From: a virus
DNA length: 64,000 nt
Virus record (IMG/VR): IMGVR_UViG_3300028197_000982
Coordinates: 1-64,000 of that record
Reading direction: 5' to 3' (one strand)
Shown: positions 28,051 through 38,153 of the stretch, in pieces
Position numbering within the stretch: the first letter of the stretch is position 1
How the letters are laid out: every line of letters starts with the position of its first letter
Notes under the pieces: generated by a model
What the model was told of the DNA's origin: nothing
Seen by the model: the letters and a program-made list of their open reading frames with translations, nothing else
Databases searched by the model: none
Position numbers and translations under genes: made by a program

Positions 28051-31000
28051 ATGGTTAACAATTGGAAAAATTTAAATTTCTTTGATAAGAATGGAAAGTG
28101 TTATAATTTTGATTATGATTCATCTGAGGATAAATGGTCAGGTTCTATTTACCTGTCTGAAGTATCTATAGGACTATTTGAAGTTGGTCAGATATTTATA
28201 CTCGAGCAATTTGTTAACAAAAATACTAATACTAAAGCATTTGGTTTTCCTCATGGTATAGAAGTACCAACAGGAACTACAGGATCAACTAACGGTGTAT
28301 GTAATTGGTTGGTGGAATGGCAAACATCGGACCCAACTGAAATTATGCTATTTCAATTCAACATGAATTTCAATAGTGGGACACAAACATCATTAGAGAT
28401 GGAACCTGACGGTCCGCCTTTACAGATTATTACAGAATTAGAAGTACCTTTAGGATATGATCCTACTGAAACTGTTAGCCCAGATGGTTACATTGTAACA
28501 GATACTATTATCTCGGAGGCATTACAAATTAATATAGCAATAAGGTCAGAAGTTGAAAATACATATAAACGAACACTGTTAATTAAGGATGATTGTACAG
28601 GTAATGTTGTGGCTGAGATATTAGTATATGGTGAAACTATTTCCGAAGATGAGAGACTTAAGGTTATGACTCAGAATATGGGTTATAATGTTTTGGAATC
28701 TGATAGTGACATATTTAGAAATACAAATATTAAAGAATTACTTCCTAATTTTGAAGAAGTAAATTTAAAGAGAAAGGAAATAATGATGGAGGGTAGTAAT
28801 ATTTACCCCTTTATCGGTTCCTATAAAGGTTTAATAAATGCTATTAAATTCTTTGGTTATGATACTTTACAAGTAAAAGAATTCTGGAAAAATGTAGATG
28901 CAAACTCTCCTATGTTTGGTAAATATATTCAAAGTAATAATATAGCCCTCTTTGATCCTAAAGTACAGTTCAATGATAAGTCTATAACATTACCTAATAA
29001 AAAGTTTAGAAAAACTAGTTTATTTAGTTTAGTATATAGAATTAATGAAATAGTACCAGATAAGTATGATATAGAAGACTTACCTATAACCGAAGAGAAT
29101 TATGATTTTACCATCGAAGAAATTTTACTTAAGCTATTTGGATTAAAGAAAAAATTAGAAAATGAATTTTTACCGCTTAATGCTAGAATAAAAGATATTA
29201 CTGGTGAGGCTGATTTTTTCGGTTTATTAGAGGTTGTAAATACAATAAGTAGAAATGATAAGACAGAAATTGTAGCAGGAATAGATACTAATTTTAAGCT
29301 ATCTACTGATGATTGTATTTACATGGAAGATTTAAGATCGTTTAGCCAATTTTGTTTAGCATCTGAAGCTATAGTTGATATAGCCATTATAAATTACTGT
29401 AATGCATTTATTGCACCTATATCATCTGCGGTGGGTATTGGTAGAAACTTATTACTTGGCCCTATCACACCTGGAGAAGTTTATCCACCTTCACCTATTG
29501 GTCCTGATCTGAATGGCCCTTTAGGTAATCCTAGCGATGGGTCTAATTATTTAGTTAAAGATTTATCGGATGCATTTCTTGCGTATTTTACTAGGTACGC
29601 CCCTAAGCTAAGTAAAGTAGGTGCATGGCCTGATGGTGAATCTTCATATTACTTACCAGATAAACCAGATATACCTGTTGGTGCTATGACGGTTTTAGAA
29701 AATACGTCATTTAATAATATAACTTGGGATAATGTAGATTCTACATGGAATCAATTAAATGATGCAAATAAATTTTTTACATTTGATATTGATCCGCAAG
29801 GTGTTTTTGTTGGTGATGTGTTTACTGTTACTGACCCAGATACAAATACTGGTGCTACATATACCGCTACATTAGGAGATACCGACACTGATGTAAGAAA
29901 CGCGCTATACGATCAATTAATAAATTTAAAAACATCATTCACTGACCCTTGGTTATTTTGGGATATTACAAAGGAGAGTGGAGTTACTGGTGATGTGCTT
30001 AGGCTGTTCGGGCAAAATGTTGATAGACTAACAGTTACCTGTGAATCGTCCGTTGGTTCAGTATTGCTGTTTAGCCAATTGCCTGGAGAAACGCTATTTA
30101 CTTGGGAAGGTATTGAGAGAGGAAATTTTGATGAAATAGAATGGACTATTTATAAAGATGCTACTGATGTTTCACCTTCTTATTATAGAGTGTTCAGAGG
30201 ACCTATATCCCAATATAATAAATTACCATTAATACTACCGTATGTTGGTTTATATAGTGTGGAAATGAAGCTATTTGATCTCTATAACAATATATCATCC
30301 AACGTAAAGTCTGATTTTATTTGTGTAGAAAGTAGAGAAGTAGAATACTCTGGTTGGTACCAATCTAGGAAAGAAAATTATACTTGGAATAGTGAGTCTA
30401 AATATTTATGGAATGATTATGGGTCATTATGGAATTTACCAATTGAACCTTCTATAACATGGGCAGATGAAACACCAAGCCTATATTCCTCATTAGATAG
30501 AGTTAATGCTATTCTTAATAATTTTGGTTTAGGTACTTCTCCGGATTTTCAATTGTTAAATTATCAAGATGATGGTAAGGCCAGTTTTAGTGGACCTTAT
30601 AGATGGGATAACTTAACCACTGGTGGATGGAATGACACTTATCATTTATGGTGGGATATGACTAGTACTACAGGTGATACACCAGCGTTCTTTCAGTTTA
30701 AAGAAGTTATACCTGAAACTTATCTCAAAATAATTGATGAGAATGGGGAAACCGCTGAACATTATTTTGATTCCACTATTGATACTTTAGCTAAAGCCGC
30801 ATCAGGCTTAAACACTAGTAAAAATAAAATAATTAATAAGTATATTTATAATGTAGTATATGATGCTTCAAACAATCAAAAATTTATACAGGCAGTTTGT
30901 AGATATTTTGGAGTACATGGTGATTGGAAATATGTTGACATTGTATATGCAAACGGTGACAGGGTGTGTCCAACTACTGGAGTAACAGGTGTACCTTTCC

Positions 31001-31341
31001 CAACTGGTGAAACAGATTGTCCTAGTTTAATTTATAGAAAAGGTTTGCATAAAGCAAGTAATCCTACGTGGAATACTGCTAAGTTTATAAATAATGGTAA
31101 GACATTACCTAAAATGACTTGGTTAATGTTTGTTTATGATAAATGTAAGATACCTGGGAAGAATAAACCTAGATGGATTATTAAGAATACAACTAACTCA
31201 AACATGGCCGATATATATTTTGAGAGTAAATACTTAACATATCTGTTTAAGGAATCTGGTAAATACGAGATCACCCTTGAACTTACAGATACGAATGGGA
31301 ATAAATATAAAAAGGGTAGAAATATCCTAGTAATAAAATAG
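28051..31341 (+). CDS. Large baseplate wedge protein (gp7-like) with PKD/Ig-like domains
   Basis: IYPFIGSYKGLINAIKFFGY...VKEFWK wedge motif; YLFKESGKYEITLELTDTNGN PKD-like end. Confidence 0.6.
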   Translation: MVNNWKNLNFFDKNGKCYNFDYDSSEDKWSGSIYLSEVSIGLFEVGQIFILEQFVNKNTNTKAFGFPHGIEVPTGTTGSTNGVCNWLVEWQTSDPTEIMLFQFNMNFNSGTQTSLEMEPDGPPLQIITELEVPLGYDPTETVSPDGYIVTDTIISEALQINIAIRSEVENTYKRTLLIKDDCTGNVVAEILVYGETISEDERLKVMTQNMGYNVLESDSDIFRNTNIKELLPNFEEVNLKRKEIMMEGSNIYPFIGSYKGLINAIKFFGYDTLQVKEFWKNVDANSPMFGKYIQSNNIALFDPKVQFNDKSITLPNKKFRKTSLFSLVYRINEIVPDKYDIEDLPITEENYDFTIEEILLKLFGLKKKLENEFLPLNARIKDITGEADFFGLLEVVNTISRNDKTEIVAGIDTNFKLSTDDCIYMEDLRSFSQFCLASEAIVDIAIINYCNAFIAPISSAVGIGRNLLLGPITPGEVYPPSPIGPDLNGPLGNPSDGSNYLVKDLSDAFLAYFTRYAPKLSKVGAWPDGESSYYLPDKPDIPVGAMTVLENTSFNNITWDNVDSTWNQLNDANKFFTFDIDPQGVFVGDVFTVTDPDTNTGATYTATLGDTDTDVRNALYDQLINLKTSFTDPWLFWDITKESGVTGDVLRLFGQNVDRLTVTCESSVGSVLLFSQLPGETLFTWEGIERGNFDEIEWTIYKDATDVSPSYYRVFRGPISQYNKLPLILPYVGLYSVEMKLFDLYNNISSNVKSDFICVESREVEYSGWYQSRKENYTWNSESKYLWNDYGSLWNLPIEPSITWADETPSLYSSLDRVNAILNNFGLGTSPDFQLLNYQDDGKASFSGPYRWDNLTTGGWNDTYHLWWDMTSTTGDTPAFFQFKEVIPETYLKIIDENGETAEHYFDSTIDTLAKAASGLNTSKNKIINKYIYNVVYDASNNQKFIQAVCRYFGVHGDWKYVDIVYANGDRVCPTTGVTGVPFPTGETDCPSLIYRKGLHKASNPTWNTAKFINNGKTLPKMTWLMFVYDKCKIPGKNKPRWIIKNTTNSNMADIYFESKYLTYLFKESGKYEITLELTDTNGNKYKKGRNILVIK

Positions 31342-31348
31342 AAAAGAA

Positions 31349-31993
31349 ATGGCAATTAGCGTAACAGAAATTCTTGGAACAGATTCTTTATCAGGATCCA
31401 GGCTAGTATTGAATGATAACTTCAATATTTTGACCAGTGAAATCAATGCAATGGAGGTTTACTTTAACCCTACGGCTGGTACTATCACTAACCTTAACGA
31501 TTTAAAAACCGAATCATTAAGAGTAGGATTAAGTACCATCTTATTAGATGTTAATGCTTCCACGTTTGATATTTTAACCAATGTTAATATGACAGGTAAC
31601 CTAAACCTTAATGGTGGTGGTTTAATTAGAAATGATGTAGATCCACAAACATTAAATGATGGGTTTGCGACAGGATCACCTGGAGTAATTACAGTTGGAA
31701 CTAGTACTGCAGTACCACCTTATACAGTTGAAAGGGTTGGTAATCAGACGGCAACAACAGTAACTATTCAACTTAACGATGGTTCAATAGGTCAAGAAAT
31801 ATTTTTTGTATATTCTGAAGCACAGACCGGTGTAATTAGTATTACCGGCGCAGTAACTCCATTAGTACTACCAGGTGGTACTAAAATTGATTTAGATGCG
31901 CAAGGTGAATCTGCTCACTTGTTATGTGTTAATGATGGTACAGGAAATGGGGTTTGGTTCTTAGTAGGTGGAACTGGATATACAATAAGTTAA
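31349..31993 (+). CDS. Virion structural protein (short fibre/baseplate)
   Basis: N-terminal TDSLSGSRLVLNDNF motif; beta-rich C-terminus. Confidence 0.65.
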   Translation: MAISVTEILGTDSLSGSRLVLNDNFNILTSEINAMEVYFNPTAGTITNLNDLKTESLRVGLSTILLDVNASTFDILTNVNMTGNLNLNGGGLIRNDVDPQTLNDGFATGSPGVITVGTSTAVPPYTVERVGNQTATTVTIQLNDGSIGQEIFFVYSEAQTGVISITGAVTPLVLPGGTKIDLDAQGESAHLLCVNDGTGNGVWFLVGGTGYTIS

Positions 31994-32011
31994 TAAAAAG
32001 AAAAACGATAC

Positions 32012-34138
32012 ATGGCAACGACGCCTTTAATTAAAACGCCGCAGGCTGATGGGGGTACATTTTATACCTTCTCTTCATCTGCACGAGATCTTTCAAAGAC
32101 CCTTAACAATGATGAGCTTAAGTTGGTCTTTTCGAAGTTTGTGCTTTTAAATTTACCAGATTTTGATAAATTAGACCCAAATAGTGCAGCCTCTCTTACA
32201 TTATCAAACTACATGCAATTTGATACCATTGACGGTATGATTGCAAGTGGTGGATTAAAAGGCGATCCTAATGTTAACTTTACTGAGAGTCTTCAGAATT
32301 ACGCTCTGAACTTAGAAGAATTAATTATTAGTGATACTTCTTATGATAATACTTTACAGAGATCTGTTGCCGAAAGAGTATTCTTTAAATGGTTAAAAGA
32401 GACAGGTGCAATGAGGTACCGTGCTGCTACTAATCTTGAAAAGAATCCTGGTGTTGTTAGACCATTATTTGTAGAAGAAGATTCTATAAGCACAGCAACA
32501 GATGAGTATAACCGAGTAGTAAAATATGTAGGTGATATTGATATTGTAAATAATGTAGATAAAGCAGGTGAGGCTTATACAGAACTTTACATTAATGTTC
32601 CAACAGAAGTTGGTGGAACTCCTACTATTTTATTTGATTCTATTTCAGATGCTAATTATCAACCTAGTTTAAAAATACAAGGTAAAAATGAATTTATTTT
32701 AGGTCGTAATGCAAGTACTGTGCAACCACAAGGATTAAGCATTAATGCATTTTATGATTATGATCAACCTTTATTAAATCCAACAGGCCCTGCAGGTTAT
32801 ACAGATCCTAATGCGAATTGGATGGATGAACCAACCCCACCAACGACAGTAGATTCTTATTTTACTGAACCTGTTACATTTACTAATCCTACTAATGTTT
32901 TTATACAAAAATATCCTGCGGATTATGGTAGTCCTGCAGGTTTTAATGGATCTGCTTATATACGATCTGAGTTAGATGGAATTTCAGTTGACTTTACTCC
33001 TAATGATTATGAACAAATTGTAACTGATCCAACAATTTCTACTATAGCTCAATTTAATGGAACTGATTTAGCAAGCACATTTGAATTTAATGCAGTATTA
33101 GTTTATTATGATTTAGTTGATACTAGTAATACCGCAAACACTGTTACTAATTTATATGGTATTTTATTAGTAGATAATGTTACACCTACTACAGATGGTG
33201 GGTTTATTCAAAGATACCCTAAATTTAAACCTAATAAAGTTACAGGGCAAAATGGAAATAGTTATGGGTTTAAAATCAATTTGCGATTTGATGCTTCACC
33301 AGGATCAGCTGGCATCGATACAATCGTTAATGATTATAATACATTTTCAATGCAGCTCTTCAGTGAAGCAACTGCACAATTACAGGAATCGGCTAAAATA
33401 TTCCAAACTCAACAATTAGAAATATCTACACTAGATCAAAAAGTTCAAACTTTAGAAAATCAAATAACTAATGTCGCTGATGTAACTTCATTACAAGCAC
33501 AAATCACAAGCGTACAAGATCAATTAGATAATGCTAATTTGGCTTTTGCAAATGATACGGTTTTACTTGACTTAATTGCTAATAATTCAGATGAAATACA
33601 ATCCATAGCAAATGGAAATGTACCTATTAGTTTACAGTATAATACAGATGTAGTTAGGCAAGGTACTGGAATTACGGTAGATACTAATACACCTAACTTA
33701 ATTACTATTTCTTTAGCAACACAAGAGTATAGTTTTATGGTACCTATAAATAAAAACCAGGTTCAAATAACACCAACTAATCCATTAAATTTAAATCAAG
33801 CTATACCACAAGTATTTACAGAGCTTAAGACATATACTAACATGCTTAGGTTAGATACTGTGAATGAAGCAGGTGGTGATTTAAATATTTATGTAAATGA
33901 TACAGGTATACAATGGAAGACAGGGCAAACATTAAGGTTAGCATTTAATAATACTTTAGATATAGGAGCAAGAAATATAAGAGTATGGACGGATGCACCA
34001 AGTAGACTTAATAACGGTTCTTATGGAATGTCCATGGGAGTAATACAAAACGCAGAGATAACATCATCTAAGCCTATCATAGAATTTATATGTACAGAGC
34101 AAGGTGTTCTTAATTTCGTATATGATGTAATTAAATAA
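32012..34138 (+). CDS. Virion structural protein with coiled coil
   Basis: Context; heptads LEISTLDQKVQTLENQI. Confidence 0.65.
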   Translation: MATTPLIKTPQADGGTFYTFSSSARDLSKTLNNDELKLVFSKFVLLNLPDFDKLDPNSAASLTLSNYMQFDTIDGMIASGGLKGDPNVNFTESLQNYALNLEELIISDTSYDNTLQRSVAERVFFKWLKETGAMRYRAATNLEKNPGVVRPLFVEEDSISTATDEYNRVVKYVGDIDIVNNVDKAGEAYTELYINVPTEVGGTPTILFDSISDANYQPSLKIQGKNEFILGRNASTVQPQGLSINAFYDYDQPLLNPTGPAGYTDPNANWMDEPTPPTTVDSYFTEPVTFTNPTNVFIQKYPADYGSPAGFNGSAYIRSELDGISVDFTPNDYEQIVTDPTISTIAQFNGTDLASTFEFNAVLVYYDLVDTSNTANTVTNLYGILLVDNVTPTTDGGFIQRYPKFKPNKVTGQNGNSYGFKINLRFDASPGSAGIDTIVNDYNTFSMQLFSEATAQLQESAKIFQTQQLEISTLDQKVQTLENQITNVADVTSLQAQITSVQDQLDNANLAFANDTVLLDLIANNSDEIQSIANGNVPISLQYNTDVVRQGTGITVDTNTPNLITISLATQEYSFMVPINKNQVQITPTNPLNLNQAIPQVFTELKTYTNMLRLDTVNEAGGDLNIYVNDTGIQWKTGQTLRLAFNNTLDIGARNIRVWTDAPSRLNNGSYGMSMGVIQNAEITSSKPIIEFICTEQGVLNFVYDVIK

Positions 34139-34162
34139 ATAATAAAAGAAAGACGAAAACTA

Positions 34163-37100
34163 ATGGCTGAAAATAATTCAATATCAACAATGTTACCGGA
34201 GCTTCTTAGACTTTTTAATAATTCATTAGAAGGGTTTGAGAAGGTTAACCAAGCCATAACTTCTAGTAATGAATCTGTGACTATTAATATTCAAAATAAT
34301 GATGGTACTAATTCAAGAGTTACTATACCTAGTTTTGGTTTTCTTAAGAATTCAGTAGATAGGCTACAAACAAATATAGATACTATTACTAATGTAGGTG
34401 GGCAGAACAGTTCAATAAGATTAGCTGATGGTACATTTAGAAAATTAGTATTAGCAAAATTACCAACAGAGGCATTAGATTTAACTTCTATAAATTCTAT
34501 TGAAAATTTTAATGTTAAGCCTAATTGGTTTTTTGAAGAATTAATTAATCCACTATTATACATTTCATTTGATTTAACTGGCCAAGTACCTATAGATACA
34601 GAAAGAGCTATAATTCAAAGGTATATACTAAGTACTAATACTCAAACCAAGATTGATTATTTTACTAATGCGTTTTTAGGTAGAGCTGACATTAATTATG
34701 AGAATTTTTTAGAGAGCATTGTTCAGAGAAACATTTCTTATGTACTAGATGAAGCGGTAGTTGATTTACCACCAAGAGTAAAAAGGTATACTGGTAACTT
34801 TAGTGTACTAAGAATTTCAGATGCTACAGTTACAGAGGAAATAAACGGTGTTAGTGTCACTTCACAAAGGAAACAATATAAATTAAATAAGATATTTTAT
34901 ACTGATGTAGAGGCTGATTTTGATGACACTGTGCAACTGTCAGTAGGTGATAGTTTAGAGGTTATAACTAATCCTATTACAACAAGATATAAAATTACAA
35001 AAATAGATTCAAGCACTAACACAGTTATTGTAGAATTAATTGAAGGCTCTGCGGCAATAAGAATTGGTGCTGATGTATTAAAAATAGCATCATCGCTAGA
35101 AGATAATGTACAAGTAGATGTTACTGTAGGTTTTAATGAACGATGTGTTACTTTTGTTAAACCTATTGACCCAGATTCAAAAATACCTTCAGTTAACTGG
35201 TCACCAGGAAGCGCGTTTTTCACTAACACGTTAACTACACTAAATGAAGCAGGGGTAGAACAAACATTAGCAGAATATTACCAACAGAGCGCTATTGATT
35301 TTGGGGCAATGTTGCTTTCGTTTGCTGATGATAGAATGCCTACAACTAGAGAAGGTGTAACACCAAATGCACCAACTCTTAATGATGGAGATTTTGGAGT
35401 AAAGCTTATTAATGGGCAGGTAAGTGATTCACCTGCTATCGTAGAACTTACAGATTTAAATAATCAAAAGAATACTATTGAATCAACTCTTAAAGAATTA
35501 GATGGTGCAATTTCACAGAGTAGAACTAAAATACAAACAACAAATTATTCAACAGAGGTTGAGCGTGATGCTGATGTAAATGCTTTACAAGGATTAGTAA
35601 CCGAGAGATCATCACAAGGGGAATTATATGCGTCGGTTGTAAAAGAGATAGATGCTAAAGCTAAAGATAATTCAGTATCAAGTATTTCACCTAAATATAG
35701 AGCAAGAGGATTTTGGGCAATGCCAGAGGAAAGGTCCACGCCAGCTACCGGTACACAATCTATCGTTAAATTTAAAACAAGATACCGCTATCTATCAAGT
35801 GATGGCGCAGCTAACCCAGTAGACCAATTTAATTTTATTGATGGATCAGGTGTTAGTCAAGGGGCGTTTTCCAATTACAATATTATAGATAGTACATTAA
35901 GACCAAGAATTAAGAATAAGATAACGGGTGTTTATGAATGGGTTGAGCTAAATGCAGATAATGCAGATGCGGTTAATATTAATCAATTAGATATTCCAAT
36001 TAGAAAAGGTGAACAGGTTGAGGTGCAAGTTAAGTCTGTATCTGAGGCAGGGTGGCCTTCTAATCCATTAGAAAGCGATTGGTCAACTAGTATAATTATT
36101 CCATTTCCTGCAGATCTTAGTTCTGATAATGCAGTTGAAGCTATAATTAATCAAAATCAACAAGATGTAGCAAAAGTTTCACTAGAGGAAGATTTAAATG
36201 AATTAGGAATACAACAACACTTAAGCAGTTCCTTTACTGCAAACGAAACTTATTTTGCTCATTCATCTCCAGTGATTGCATCAGGGTTCTTATCCGAAAA
36301 TCAAACACCTATTGATCTATTTACTAAATTAACTGAAATGCAAAATCAGTTAGATTTGTTTTCTGAAATTCTTGCAAATGCACAGGGTGAACTGGTGGTT
36401 ACTTTAATTGATGATCAAGGTAATGTTACTAACTTACAAAGGAATTCGGTTACTAAAGTTTTTGCTGGTTTCTATTCACAGGAAGTTTCTAACTTAGATG
36501 ATCCTAGAGGAGCTGTTATTTCAAAAACATTCTTTATTAACCTAGCGAACAGAGAACAGACTGGATTAAGGTTAATTTCTAGAATAGCCGGAAATAGAAA
36601 GAGAATGGTTAAACAATCTGAGAATCCTATATATAGTGTTGCTGATGTAACAAGCGGTTCTACTATTTTACCAGCAACATATGCATGGCTAGATAATAGT
36701 TCAGTGAATCAAACAAATGGAAGAGCAACATATTCCTCTGATGATTCTGATTATAACACTATTAGAAAATATGATTTAACTCCCTTACTTTTAACTAATC
36801 CAAAGTTGTCAAAACAAGTTAATGGTGGTTGGAAGTATGGGCAAACAACATCATTAGCGCCATTTCAATCTACACAAAATAAAAATCAATTTATAACAAG
36901 TAGATTTAGTGACGTATCATCAGAAGAAAATTTCTATAGTTACATAAACCCAGCAGGTGATTTTACATTTAATTTAGATACTGCTGAAAACTTTTACGGA
37001 AGACCAACTGACACTAGCGCAAGCGATGAAACCGAGTTTATTTGGGGTGCAGGGTTTGATGTAACTACAGGGTTACCTACCACATCTGCTAGTTACGGTA

Positions 37101-38101
37101 CAGTTGCATTAAATGATGATGTATTAGAAGTACATACTTCTCACCCTATAATAACAACAATGGATGCGTTTAGAACTGCATACATTAGTGCTACTGGTGA
37201 TACTGTTACACTAGGTCAACCTGGTGATGCTATCACAGCTGCGCAGGCTGATTGTTCAACTGCCGGTAATGGAACTGCAAACATTATGTTTAGACAATCT
37301 AAATTTATGCCATTACAATCGGACCAGGACCTTGGTAAACTACAAGCTATTTATTTAAATGAAGATGTTATAGATTTATCAGTACTTGCTACCGCGCCTC
37401 CATTGGCTGGCCAAACATGGACATCTGGACAAACAATATCAGCAAGTCCTAGTATAGTTGCAATTGGCCCATTATCAAACCCAACGAATGCTAACCTTGT
37501 TAATGGTGGTAAAGGTTATGAGAGAAATGTTAAAAATTCATTTGAAACATTTGATCAATATACATTAGGGAAAAAATCATGCGGATCATATTTATTTATG
37601 TCTGCTGATGATCATCAAAGTTTGCAAATGCAAGGCGATTCAATACAATCTTCTGCTATAATAGGATTTGGTCAACAAAACTCTGTAAATATTCCAATGG
37701 TATTTCAGTATAGAATGACTGATTATTTTGGAACAGGAACAGGCTCAGAAGGTGGATTAGGAAACATTGCTGGTGATACTACACAAGCAACTGTAAATCT
37801 TACATATGCCAAGAAAATAGGATTTGATATATTTCCTAATAACCAAGATGTTTATCAATATGATATTGAAATATTTTCTAAGTATAGATCAGATAATCTT
37901 AACCTAGATGTATTCCCATCCAAAACTGTTACAAAAGGATTAAATGATCTAGAGAAAGTATTAACTAAATTAAGTCCTACTGTTACTGCTACTAAAGTTA
38001 ACCAAGTGGTTAGAAATGGTGGTGGAGGCGGAGCCGGAGGTGGAGGTGGAATGACCAGAGGGTTTGCACAAGAAAGTGATAACAGCGGAAACTTCCTGTA
38101 A
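34163..38101 (+). CDS. Large virion structural protein (baseplate/tail) with FN3-like segment
   Basis: EVQVKSVSEAGWPSNPLESDWS; coiled coils; AAATAAATA at 34133-34141. Confidence 0.65.
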   Translation: MAENNSISTMLPELLRLFNNSLEGFEKVNQAITSSNESVTINIQNNDGTNSRVTIPSFGFLKNSVDRLQTNIDTITNVGGQNSSIRLADGTFRKLVLAKLPTEALDLTSINSIENFNVKPNWFFEELINPLLYISFDLTGQVPIDTERAIIQRYILSTNTQTKIDYFTNAFLGRADINYENFLESIVQRNISYVLDEAVVDLPPRVKRYTGNFSVLRISDATVTEEINGVSVTSQRKQYKLNKIFYTDVEADFDDTVQLSVGDSLEVITNPITTRYKITKIDSSTNTVIVELIEGSAAIRIGADVLKIASSLEDNVQVDVTVGFNERCVTFVKPIDPDSKIPSVNWSPGSAFFTNTLTTLNEAGVEQTLAEYYQQSAIDFGAMLLSFADDRMPTTREGVTPNAPTLNDGDFGVKLINGQVSDSPAIVELTDLNNQKNTIESTLKELDGAISQSRTKIQTTNYSTEVERDADVNALQGLVTERSSQGELYASVVKEIDAKAKDNSVSSISPKYRARGFWAMPEERSTPATGTQSIVKFKTRYRYLSSDGAANPVDQFNFIDGSGVSQGAFSNYNIIDSTLRPRIKNKITGVYEWVELNADNADAVNINQLDIPIRKGEQVEVQVKSVSEAGWPSNPLESDWSTSIIIPFPADLSSDNAVEAIINQNQQDVAKVSLEEDLNELGIQQHLSSSFTANETYFAHSSPVIASGFLSENQTPIDLFTKLTEMQNQLDLFSEILANAQGELVVTLIDDQGNVTNLQRNSVTKVFAGFYSQEVSNLDDPRGAVISKTFFINLANREQTGLRLISRIAGNRKRMVKQSENPIYSVADVTSGSTILPATYAWLDNSSVNQTNGRATYSSDDSDYNTIRKYDLTPLLLTNPKLSKQVNGGWKYGQTTSLAPFQSTQNKNQFITSRFSDVSSEENFYSYINPAGDFTFNLDTAENFYGRPTDTSASDETEFIWGAGFDVTTGLPTTSASYGTVALNDDVLEVHTSHPIITTMDAFRTAYISATGDTVTLGQPGDAITAAQADCSTAGNGTANIMFRQSKFMPLQSDQDLGKLQAIYLNEDVIDLSVLATAPPLAGQTWTSGQTISASPSIVAIGPLSNPTNANLVNGGKGYERNVKNSFETFDQYTLGKKSCGSYLFMSADDHQSLQMQGDSIQSSAIIGFGQQNSVNIPMVFQYRMTDYFGTGTGSEGGLGNIAGDTTQATVNLTYAKKIGFDIFPNNQDVYQYDIEIFSKYRSDNLNLDVFPSKTVTKGLNDLEKVLTKLSPTVTATKVNQVVRNGGGGGAGGGGGMTRGFAQESDNSGNFL

Positions 38102-38127
38102 CATTTAATTTTCATTACCTTCATGGT

Positions 38128-38136
38128 GAATAAATA
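38128..38136 (+). promoter_or_regulatory. Late promoter-like motif GAATAAATA
   Basis: Upstream of 38154. Confidence 0.65.
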
Positions 38137-38153
38137 AAAAAAGTGAAACTTAA

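Noticed and set aside
38015-38052. GGTGGA-type repeat, and the (GAT)n run near 56385-56410
   Set aside because: These encode poly-Gly and poly-Asp tracts and are simple low-complexity coding sequence.
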